Below, in pieces: positions 8,134 to 16,371 of a stretch of DNA of 22,591 nt (position 1 is the stretch's first letter; the number at the start of each line of letters is the position of its first letter). Source of the DNA: Arcobacteraceae bacterium (GTDB lineage Bacteria; Campylobacterota; Campylobacteria; Campylobacterales; Arcobacteraceae); assembly GCA_048268245.1 (NCBI GenBank), contig JBLWVX010000037.1, forward strand, positions 1 through 22,591, written 5' to 3'. A program made the translations under genes and the position numbers. A model generated the notes under the pieces. It saw only the letters and a list, made by a program, of their open reading frames with translations. It made no database searches and had not been told where the DNA came from.

Positions 8134-9494
8134 TGCATAATTCCTATATCATGGATAATATCATTTACTATTGATGTAGTATCTTTTTTTAAGTCACATT
8201 GAGCTTTTTCATACTCAAAACACTTATCTGGAATTGGAACTTTTCCTCTTTTGATGATTCTAATATTTTTGTTTTTATCTCTAATTGTAATCATCTCATT
8301 GTTGTTGATAATATGAGGAGAGAATGGCACATCAATTGTTCCATTTTTAATAGAGTTAAACACTTTTCTCCATAAAGTATCAGCAGGGTCATTAAATACA
8401 GCTTCCATAATAGCCATAACTTCTGCTGTTAAGTTTTCTTCCTCTTCTTGATCAACTACATTTGGAAGACCATTTAAAATTCTAAGAAGATATTGAGTAT
8501 TTGCTACTGTTTCAGCATTTGCTTCTTTTGTAGGAATACCTGAAGCTTCTTGATTTGTTTTTGTAATAAGTTTATTAGCTCCAACCATAGCAGCAATAAC
8601 TGTACTCATAGAGATAAGCTCAGAGGCATAGTTTGAATCCATAGGGAAAGCACCCATCCATTGGTGGTACACTAAGTGAATATCAGCATCACCACAGTTA
8701 ATCTCATTTGCATAATGCTTTGCTAGTTTTTTGATAACTGCACCCATTACAATATCTTGATTCATAGAACCAGTTTGAGAGAAAGAAACTGAGAAAGATT
8801 TTACTCCCTCTTCAAGTGATAGTAACATCTCTAATAATTGAATAACAATAGTAATACAAGGTGGAACTAATGTTGCTGTTAAAGGTCCAAATGATTCTCT
8901 ATTTATAGGTTCATTTAAAGTTGAGTATTGTGCACAAACTCTCTCTACATATTTCCAGTATAAAAAGGCCTTATCAAGTGGGAAGTTTTTAGAATAAGGA
9001 AGTAAATATGTAATAGGACCTCCCTCAATCTCAAAAATACCAGATGCAATTGCAGTTTCTATTAGAAGTCTTGCATCAGGAGTACCATGTCTTAATGAAA
9101 TTGGTTTATTAAAATGTGTCATCATTTTTCTAGATGTTCTATATCCATGAGTTACTAATGGATAACCATTTAACATATCAACTTCATTTTCTTCTGAAAG
9201 TCTTAACATCTTTTTTGCTGTTGCATAGTCATTAAGTCTTGTATTTGAATCAACTGTACATGGAAGTACATCAACATTTGCTTTATCAAAAAACTCATAT
9301 AAGGCAAACATTTTGTCATAAGTAGGGAATCCACCTCTTGGTTGAACAAGCATTTTATCTTTTGTTTTAAAGTTATGTGAGATAAAAAGATCTTTTGAAG
9401 CATTTTTTACAAAATCTTCAACTTCTGCAAAATCAAAGTTATCTACATGCTCATTACTTAATATAATGTTTCTCTCTTCTTGTAATAAACTCAT
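8130..9494 (-). CDS. glmE: Glutamate (methylaspartate) mutase large catalytic subunit E
   Basis: QPRGG, DSNTRLN, LNGYPLV, LRHGTPDARLL, EGGPITYLLPY, INRESFGPLTATLVPP, HQWMGAFP, EASGIPTKEAN and GTIDVPFSP motifs. Confidence 0.92.
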   Translation of the reverse strand: MSLLQEERNIILSNEHVDNFDFAEVEDFVKNASKDLFISHNFKTKDKMLVQPRGGFPTYDKMFALYEFFDKANVDVLPCTVDSNTRLNDYATAKKMLRLSEENEVDMLNGYPLVTHGYRTSRKMMTHFNKPISLRHGTPDARLLIETAIASGIFEIEGGPITYLLPYSKNFPLDKAFLYWKYVERVCAQYSTLNEPINRESFGPLTATLVPPCITIVIQLLEMLLSLEEGVKSFSVSFSQTGSMNQDIVMGAVIKKLAKHYANEINCGDADIHLVYHQWMGAFPMDSNYASELISMSTVIAAMVGANKLITKTNQEASGIPTKEANAETVANTQYLLRILNGLPNVVDQEEEENLTAEVMAIMEAVFNDPADTLWRKVFNSIKNGTIDVPFSPHIINNNEMITIRDKNKNIRIIKRGKVPIPDKCFEYEKAQCDLKKDTTSIVNDIIHDIGIMQ

Positions 9495-9907
9495 TAGTTT
9501 TTTCTACCTTCCATGAATTTCTCTAATTCATCTAAACCAGTATTTAAATCAACTTGGTGGAATACTAAATCAAAACCATAGTTTTTAAATCTTGGAACAA
9601 TATCTTCTGCACTACCTGTTCCAACTACTAAGTTACCACCAATCATAAATACTACATCATCTAAAAGATTTCCATATTTTGATTTTAAAATCTTAAGTTC
9701 TCTTGCCCAACCCTCAGCTTCACCGTTTAATGATGAGATTAATAATATATCTGCATTTGTTTCAATTACTGCATCAATAAACTCTTCTAAGTAAGTGTTA
9801 ACTCCAAGGTTAAATACCTCAAAGCCTCTTGCTTGAAGTGAAAGGTCAATTAGTCTGTTTGCTACTACGTGGATGTCGTTTCCAACTACGCCAGTTACTA
9901 CTTTCAT
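9494..9907 (-). CDS. glmS: Glutamate (methylaspartate) mutase cobalamin-binding small subunit S
   Basis: B12-binding DIHVVAN (variant of DxHxxG), ISSLNG and IGGNLVVG motifs; 137 aa; TAATG overlap with the E subunit gene. Confidence 0.92.
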   Translation of the reverse strand: MKVVTGVVGNDIHVVANRLIDLSLQARGFEVFNLGVNTYLEEFIDAVIETNADILLISSLNGEAEGWARELKILKSKYGNLLDDVVFMIGGNLVVGTGSAEDIVPRFKNYGFDLVFHQVDLNTGLDELEKFMEGRKN

Positions 9908-10202
9908 ATTTTCGTACCTAATTTTTTTATAGTTTTTATTTCTTTAAAAAGGCAAATATTTTATCTAAAAAGTGGTTATATTTTTATTAATTTATATATA
10001 AATAGACTTGATAAATAAGTGGCTTTTTTATTTCTAAAAAGTTTCACATTAATTATAAATAATAGTTTATTTATAGTGCTTTTATTCTTTTTTAAGTTTT
10101 AAATTATTAAAATAATAACACAAATTATGATTAAAATTGATTATTAGAAGATGTAAAAACTTTACTTTATTTGATTAAATTAGATTAGAAGGAAGGTGTA
10201 TT

Positions 10203-11630
10203 ATGAAACTAAAAATTAATTTAATGCTATTAGTACTTTTAAATACTATTTTAAATGCAGGTTTCTTTGATAAAGATGTTGAATTTTTAACTAATGAAAA
10301 GCAATTGGAACGAAAATTCCCCACTAATAAAGAAGTAGTATTATCTTATAATAATGTACTTAAAAACTTAAAAACATCAGTTGTAAATATATCTACTAAA
10401 AAAAGAGTGAAATTAGGTTCTTATGCTAATCCTTTTTTTGGAGATCCTTTTTTTGACAACTTTTTTAGAGGCTTTGATGGCCCTAATTTATTTTTCCCTA
10501 AAGAAAGAGTTCAAAGTTCTCTTGGTTCAGGTGTTATTGTAACTAAAGATGGATATATTATCACAAATCATCATGTTATAGATGGTGCAGATGAGATAAA
10601 AGTATCAATCCAAGAAAGCAAAAAAGAGTATGATGCAAAAGTTATTGGAAGTGACCCTAAAAGTGATTTAGCTGTAATAAAAATAAATGCACAAAACTTA
10701 AATGCAATTAAATTTTATGATTCTGATAAAGTAAAAATTGGAGATATTGTATTTGCTTTAGGTAATCCTTTTGGTATAGGACAAACAATAACTCAAGGAA
10801 TGGTTTCTGCAACAGGAAGATCTTCTGTAGGGATAGTTGAATATGAGGATTTTATACAAACAGATGCTCCCATAAATCCAGGTAACTCAGGAGGGGCTTT
10901 AGTTAACTCAGCTGGTTATCTTATTGGAATTAATAGTGCAATAGTAAGTAAAAATGGTGGTAACGTAGGTATTGGTTTTGCTATTCCTTCTAATATGGTG
11001 AAAAATATCACAAAAGCTATAATAAATGATGGAGAATTTACAAGGGCATATTTAGGAGTTAGAATTAGTGATATAAGTGAAGATTTAATAAGCTTTTATG
11101 GTAGAAAAAATGGAGCAATTGTTACAAGTGTAGAAAGTGGAACTGCTGCTGATAAGTTAGGATTAAAAAGAGGGGATTTAATAGTAAGTGTTAATGATAA
11201 AGAAGTTAAATCTTCTTCTTCACTTAGAAATATTATTGGAACTATGACACCTAAAACACAAGTTACTATTAAATATATAAGAGATAAAAAACTTAAAGAA
11301 GGAACTGTTAGATTAAAAAGTATAAAAGATAGAACTTTTAATTCAACAGGATATGGCTATGAGTATAAAGGAATGAAAATAGAAACTTTAACAAGTCAAC
11401 TAAAAAGACAGTTAGGTATTTCTCAAAATATTAAAGGTGTTTATGTTAATAAAGTAGAGGAAAAAAGTAATTCTTATGAAGCAGGTATTTTAGCAGGTGA
11501 TATTATCATACAAGTAGAGAATAAAGAAGTAAAGGATATTGAAAGTTTTAAAGAAATGGCATTAAAAGGCTTTGGTAAAAAAAGATTTTATATTTATAGA
11601 AGAGGAGGAATAATAGTGACTGTTTTATAA
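10203..11630 (+). CDS. htrA: Periplasmic serine endoprotease HtrA/DegP/DegQ (Do family), two PDZ domains
   Basis: Signal peptide; GSGVIV, TNHHV, DLAVIK and QTDAPINPGNSGGAL; two PDZ-like repeats (GLKRGDLI, GILAGDII). Confidence 0.95.
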   Translation: MKLKINLMLLVLLNTILNAGFFDKDVEFLTNEKQLERKFPTNKEVVLSYNNVLKNLKTSVVNISTKKRVKLGSYANPFFGDPFFDNFFRGFDGPNLFFPKERVQSSLGSGVIVTKDGYIITNHHVIDGADEIKVSIQESKKEYDAKVIGSDPKSDLAVIKINAQNLNAIKFYDSDKVKIGDIVFALGNPFGIGQTITQGMVSATGRSSVGIVEYEDFIQTDAPINPGNSGGALVNSAGYLIGINSAIVSKNGGNVGIGFAIPSNMVKNITKAIINDGEFTRAYLGVRISDISEDLISFYGRKNGAIVTSVESGTAADKLGLKRGDLIVSVNDKEVKSSSSLRNIIGTMTPKTQVTIKYIRDKKLKEGTVRLKSIKDRTFNSTGYGYEYKGMKIETLTSQLKRQLGISQNIKGVYVNKVEEKSNSYEAGILAGDIIIQVENKEVKDIESFKEMALKGFGKKRFYIYRRGGIIVTVL

Positions 11631-11644
11631 AACGGTCACTATTA
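11611..11644 (+). terminator. 34-bp near-perfect palindrome over the htrA stop codon (terminator or mRNA-stabilising hairpin)
   Basis: TAATAGTGACTGTTTTA / TAAAACGGTCACTATTA, with a single G:U pair. Confidence 0.55.
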
Positions 11645-11656
11645 GAAGAGTTAAAG

Positions 11657-12520
11657 GTGAAAGAGTTTATTTCAATATTTCAAAAAAATAAAATTGAAAT
11701 TTTAGAAAAGTTATTAAGCAAAATAAAACTTGCTAATTTAAAAGATTTAAAAAGTGAACAGCTTTATGAAGCCTTTTTATATTTTGATGCCTTAGAAACT
11801 ATATATGCTGTAGATGAAAATTTTATTCAATTATCGCCAATTTTTAATAGAAATGATAAAAATGGAGAGTTTATAGTCAATAAAATAAAAAATACACTAA
11901 AGTCAAATACTAATTTAAAGAATAAAGAGTATTTTATAAGCTCACCTTACGTGTCAGATAAAACTAATAAATATATCGTTACTTTTGTTAAAAAAGTTGA
12001 AGATAGACTTATTGCCATGGATTTTGACTTTTTTAAATTATTAAATGAGTATAGTAATACTGATATAAAAACTAAACTTTTTGTAAATATAGTACAAGTT
12101 GTTTATGCAATTATTGGAATTAGTTTAACATTATTTTCTTTGATATTGATTTTTTATTCTATTTATGATTTCGCAAGTCATATATTTGGAATAGCTGATA
12201 ATATATTTCAATCTATTTTCAAATCTACAATTGGTTTAACTTTAGGGTTGGCAATTTTTGATTTAGCCAAAAATCTACTAGATCATGAGGTGATTTTTAA
12301 AAATCATACAAATGAAGCACATGGAAGTAATTCTTTATTGATAAAATTTTTAATTTCTATAATTATTGCATTAGCAATTGAATCTTTGATGATGGTATTT
12401 AAAATAGCGATAAGTGATTATAAAGATATTTTATATGCTATATATTTATTATTTGGGATAGGATTTTTACTTATTTCTATGAGCCAATATAATAAGTATT
12501 TGAATAAAAAGAATAATTGA
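11657..12520 (+). CDS. Membrane protein with N-terminal PDC/Cache-like sensor region and four C-terminal TM helices
   Basis: GTG start. YFISSPYVS…YIVTFV is Cache-like. The C-terminal TM block includes LTLGLAIFDLAK and SIIIALAIESLM. Confidence 0.7.
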   Translation: MKEFISIFQKNKIEILEKLLSKIKLANLKDLKSEQLYEAFLYFDALETIYAVDENFIQLSPIFNRNDKNGEFIVNKIKNTLKSNTNLKNKEYFISSPYVSDKTNKYIVTFVKKVEDRLIAMDFDFFKLLNEYSNTDIKTKLFVNIVQVVYAIIGISLTLFSLILIFYSIYDFASHIFGIADNIFQSIFKSTIGLTLGLAIFDLAKNLLDHEVIFKNHTNEAHGSNSLLIKFLISIIIALAIESLMMVFKIAISDYKDILYAIYLLFGIGFLLISMSQYNKYLNKKNN

Positions 12521-12588
12521 AAATTAAATTTTAATTTTATCTGTAGTTTTTTTGACTATTATTCCTGCAAACAAATAAAAGGTATATT

Positions 12589-13476
12589 TTGAATACTTTA
12601 CATTTAAAAGCGCATATTTTTGTAATGATAGCAACTATTTTAGTCGCAGGTTCTTTTATCGTTACTCAAAAACTTGCAGGATTAATTAGTCCTTTTTCTC
12701 TTATTTTATTAAGGTTCTTTGCATCTGCAATAATTTTAGTACCATTGATCTTTATAAAAAAAAGATATAGAGATAAGATACTATCTACTATGCCAAGAGC
12801 TATGGTAATTAGTTTTTTTTATGCTGGGTATTTTGTTTTGATGTTTGTTGCTTTAGAGACAACAACAGCGTTAAATACAGGGGCTTTGTATACTTTAGTA
12901 CCTTTAGTTACAGCTATATTTTGTATTTTTATTTTTAAAGACAAAATTACTTTATTTCAATGGATTGTATATCTAATAGGAATAGTAGGAACTTTAGGAG
13001 TTGTATTTAAAGCTGATATTTCTTTGTTTTTATCTTTGAGTTTAAATAATGGAGACTTGATATATTTAGTTAGTATTTTATTTATGACTTTTTACTCTAT
13101 TACTATGAAAACTTTATATAAACAAGATGATCCAATTTTATTAGTTTTTTGTACTTTACTTGGAGGTGCATTATGGATGGCTATAATTTTAGTATTTATA
13201 AATGAACCTTTAAACTGGGGATTAGTAAAAGATGAAATGATTTTTTATATGGCTTATTTGGTTATAGCAACTACAATTATTACTTTATATTTATATCAAA
13301 AAGCTACTATTATATTAGGTCCTAAAAGTGTTATGTCTTATATTTATTTGACACCTGCAATTATTGCTATTTTTGTGTATTTTGTAGATGGAGTTACTCT
13401 TTCTTTCCCTGTAATAATAGCAATTGCTATTTCTGTGATAGCAACATTAATTTTACAATTTAAAATAAAGAATTGA
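12589..13476 (+). CDS. DMT superfamily / EamA-family transporter
   Basis: TTG start with AAGG RBS; about 10 TM segments in two EamA repeats (LLRFFASA, ALETTTALNTGALYTLVPLVT, LGPKSVMSYIYLTP). Confidence 0.88.
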   Translation: MNTLHLKAHIFVMIATILVAGSFIVTQKLAGLISPFSLILLRFFASAIILVPLIFIKKRYRDKILSTMPRAMVISFFYAGYFVLMFVALETTTALNTGALYTLVPLVTAIFCIFIFKDKITLFQWIVYLIGIVGTLGVVFKADISLFLSLSLNNGDLIYLVSILFMTFYSITMKTLYKQDDPILLVFCTLLGGALWMAIILVFINEPLNWGLVKDEMIFYMAYLVIATTIITLYLYQKATIILGPKSVMSYIYLTPAIIAIFVYFVDGVTLSFPVIIAIAISVIATLILQFKIKN

Positions 13477-13485
13477 GTAGATTAA

Positions 13486-13518
13486 AAAACAAAGAGTTTA
13501 AGAAACACTCTTTGTTTT
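13486..13518. terminator. Bidirectional terminator between the convergent EamA and DsbA-like genes
   Basis: AAAACAAAGAGT-N9-ACTCTTTGTTTT. Confidence 0.75.
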
Positions 13519-13524
13519 AAAATA

Positions 13525-14166
13525 TTAAAGTTCTGAGTTAATTAACTCAATTAATTGCTCTAGTCCAAAATCTTTTAAAGGTTTTGAGTTTACAAAAAAT
13601 GATGGAGTTTTATTTGCTCCTAAAGTTTTTGCATCGGCTAAGTCTTGTTTGATTATTTCATCAAGTTTAGGATTTTTTACAAACTCCTTTGCTTTAGTCA
13701 TATCAAGAAGACCTGATTTATCTGCTATATTTTCAACTATATCATATTGAGCAACATGATTATTTGTCCAATACTTTTGAGTCACAAATAAAAGTTCTAA
13801 AAGCTCTTTAAATTTACCTTGATCTTTAGCAGCTTCTAATAGTTTTACAACTTTGTCTGAACCTTTATGAAAAGGTGCATATCTATATACTATTTTGATA
13901 TTGTCTTCATTTTGTTTTTTCATTTCTTTCACATAAGGATGAAATAGTGCACAAGTTCCACAAGCAGGGTCAAAGAATTCTACAATTTCAACTTTAGCGT
14001 CTTTTTTACCATCTATATAAGAATAAGGTCTTACTAAAGAAGAGTTATTATTTTGAACTTTTTCAAGCTCTTTTTGGTTTTGTAAATTTTTATAAACATA
14101 CCCTGAAACAAAAAATATTGCTAATAAAGCAACAACTAAAATAATTACAACTTTTTTATTTTGCAT
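13525..14166 (-). CDS. DsbA-like thioredoxin-fold thiol:disulfide oxidoreductase, membrane anchored
   Basis: N-terminal TM anchor; IVEFFDPACGTC CxxC motif; cis-Pro loop KTPSFFVN. Confidence 0.88.
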   Translation of the reverse strand: MQNKKVVIILVVALLAIFFVSGYVYKNLQNQKELEKVQNNNSSLVRPYSYIDGKKDAKVEIVEFFDPACGTCALFHPYVKEMKKQNEDNIKIVYRYAPFHKGSDKVVKLLEAAKDQGKFKELLELLFVTQKYWTNNHVAQYDIVENIADKSGLLDMTKAKEFVKNPKLDEIIKQDLADAKTLGANKTPSFFVNSKPLKDFGLEQLIELINSEL

Positions 14167-14222
14167 TTTTTACCTTTTTTAAACTTTGGGTGAAATACTA
14201 CCATATCAGAGTTAACAAAAAA

Positions 14223-15200
14223 TTAAGGTAGTTGAGATATTGCTTTTATTTTTCCCCTTAAATTTCTATTTACTCTATTTAGTGAACTTTGAATTATACT
14301 TAAACTTTCATTGTCGAAACTGTTTTGTTTTGCTTCAAGATATAAATCTTGAGCAGTTTTAAGATTTTCAAATCTTTCATAAATCAAACCAAGATTATAT
14401 AAGACTTCCCAACTTTTATAGTTTAATTCTTCGTTTAGTTTTTCAAGCTCTTTTTTTGCAATAGTATAGTTTGAATTTTCTATTAATTCTAAAATATCAT
14501 CAAATTTGTTTTCTTGCTGTTCATTTAATTCTAAACTTTTTATTTCATCTATAACTTCAACAGTATAGTAGTTGTAGTGTGGAGATATATCTTGTAAAAA
14601 ATTTATTGCAATATCTTTTGCTAGGTTTGAGTTTATAGTATTTTTGTTTCTATGAAAGTCTGAATAGTAAGGGTATGTTTTATGTCTATAGCACTCATCT
14701 TCAAATTTTGTTTTTGTATATATTTTTGAAAATAGAATTTCATTTGAGCTACTTTTTATTACATCTATTTTTGTTTTTACTTTATAATCTCTTCTTTCAC
14801 ATGGAATAAATTTTTTAACATACTCTATACAAGTTCTTTTTTTTGTTTTTTTATTAACTTCATAAGTAATACATCTTTTTCTATTGAATTCTTCTTCATA
14901 ATAGATGTGATAGTTTAGCGAGGATTCTAAAACTTCTCCTGTGATAATAGCATCTGTATCAAAGCTATTTGTTTTAAGTCTAAATAGTTTTTTATTTTTT
15001 ATAAAAGCAGATGATAGCTTCGCCTCTATTGTTGCAGTTTGATTTATACTGTCATTGAAAAATCTATCAACAAAAACTTTATGGATTTTTTCATCTTTTA
15101 TTTTAGAGGGATGAAGTGATTTTACAGTGATTTTTGTAGCACAGCCACTAAAAATTAAAATGCTTAAAGCTAGCAATATTATTTTTACAAGATTACTCAT
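14223..15200 (-). CDS. Putative lipoprotein with C-terminal TPR-like helices
   Basis: Lipobox FSGC; C-terminal VLYNLGLIYERFENLKTAQDLYLEA is TPR-like; four additional Cys residues. Confidence 0.75.
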   Translation of the reverse strand: MSNLVKIILLALSILIFSGCATKITVKSLHPSKIKDEKIHKVFVDRFFNDSINQTATIEAKLSSAFIKNKKLFRLKTNSFDTDAIITGEVLESSLNYHIYYEEEFNRKRCITYEVNKKTKKRTCIEYVKKFIPCERRDYKVKTKIDVIKSSSNEILFSKIYTKTKFEDECYRHKTYPYYSDFHRNKNTINSNLAKDIAINFLQDISPHYNYYTVEVIDEIKSLELNEQQENKFDDILELIENSNYTIAKKELEKLNEELNYKSWEVLYNLGLIYERFENLKTAQDLYLEAKQNSFDNESLSIIQSSLNRVNRNLRGKIKAISQLP

Positions 15201-15328
15201 AATTATCCCCTTTGAGAAAATTATATTATATTTTAAAAGTATAAAAAAAGTGATAAATAAGAATAAATTAATAGTAAAATGAGATAATATAGCCTTTAAT
15301 TAATTGATTTTAGAAATAAGGATGAAAT

Positions 15329-15808
15329 ATGGGATTTTTTACAGCAGATTTATGTGATGAACACAGTGAGAAAACAGAGGTTTTAGGACCAAACTTCAAG
15401 TCATATGGGGGGAGTAAAAAATTCAGAGGTACAGCTATTACTTTTAAACTAGATAAAAACAACAAAGATTTAGCACAGTTTTTAAAAGAGAATAATGGTG
15501 AAGGAAAAGTAGTAGTTGTAGATGTTGAAGAAAAATACTTTGCAGTTGTTGGTGATAATCTAATGAGATTTGCTGATGATAACAACTTTGAAGGACTTAT
15601 TGTAAATGGTTATGTAAGAGATACTGTTACAACTAAAGACTTTCAAACAGGACTTTTTGCAAAGGGTACTTGTCCTAGAAAATATATACCAGTTCAAGAT
15701 GCACAAATGAATGTCGCTGTTACAATTGATGGAGTAACTATCAATGAAGGTGACTACATTTATGCTGACCATGATGGTGTAGTAGTTTCAAAAGAGAGCT
15801 TAGTTTAA
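15329..15808 (+). CDS. rraA: RraA-family protein (RNase E regulator / HMG aldolase-oxaloacetate decarboxylase fold)
   Basis: TADLCD, FKSYGG, VVGDNL, NGYVRD and GDYIYADHDGVVV motifs; 159 aa. Confidence 0.88.
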   Translation: MGFFTADLCDEHSEKTEVLGPNFKSYGGSKKFRGTAITFKLDKNNKDLAQFLKENNGEGKVVVVDVEEKYFAVVGDNLMRFADDNNFEGLIVNGYVRDTVTTKDFQTGLFAKGTCPRKYIPVQDAQMNVAVTIDGVTINEGDYIYADHDGVVVSKESLV

Positions 15809-16371
15809 TGTATCTTTTTGGTTTTGGTTCACTTATAAATTTAAACAGTGCTCAAAAATCTTTTGAGAGAGAGCTTAGTTATTCTGACTTAATTCCTGTA
15901 ACTATAAAAGGTTATAAAAAAGTTTGGAATAGTATTGAGCATATACAGTTTGATGGCGTTGATATAAATGGAGTATTTTTAAATCTTCAAAAAGATGAAA
16001 ATACTCAAACAAGTGGAGTTGTTGTAAAAATAACACCTCAAGAGTTTGAGGTTTTAAAGCTAAGAGAGAAAAACTACTCACAAGTTACTATAAAAGCTTG
16101 TGATGTAATAGGAGCTGAACTTGATGAAGATGTTGTAGCTTTTATGACAACAAATGAAGAAAAAATAGCAAAAATAGGGGATGAAAACTGTTTTATTCCT
16201 GCAAAGTATATAGATATACTTACAAATGCTTTTGAAAACTATGATGCAAGTTTTGTAGAACAGTTTAAAAAAGAGTGTTTAGAGGATTTACCTTTTGAAC
16301 TAAAGCTGGGAACTTATAGCTTTAGTGATCCAACGCAGCAAAAATTAGCAAAAGAAGGAATCAAAAAGTAA
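15808..16371 (+). CDS. Gamma-glutamylcyclotransferase (GGCT/ChaC-like) family protein
   Basis: N-terminal YLFGFGSLIN motif, GYKKVW, GVVVKI and LKLREKNY with the candidate catalytic Glu; TAATG overlap with rraA. Confidence 0.75.
   Translation: MYLFGFGSLINLNSAQKSFERELSYSDLIPVTIKGYKKVWNSIEHIQFDGVDINGVFLNLQKDENTQTSGVVVKITPQEFEVLKLREKNYSQVTIKACDVIGAELDEDVVAFMTTNEEKIAKIGDENCFIPAKYIDILTNAFENYDASFVEQFKKECLEDLPFELKLGTYSFSDPTQQKLAKEGIKK

Noticed and set aside
9908..10202. Possible cobalamin riboswitch upstream of the B12-dependent mutase operon
   Set aside because: The region is extremely AT-rich, with no recognisable B12-box or conserved GGGAA/GCCACTG elements. It looks like a plain divergent promoter region.
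15407..15412. G6 homopolymer in rraA as a phase-variation tract
   Set aside because: It is too short compared with typical contingency tracts, encodes the conserved YGG motif, and the frame is intact.
15329..15808. RraA/HMG aldolase as a downstream step of the glutamate mutase pathway
   Set aside because: It lies in a separate operon over 5 kb away on the opposite strand, and nothing in the sequence links the two.
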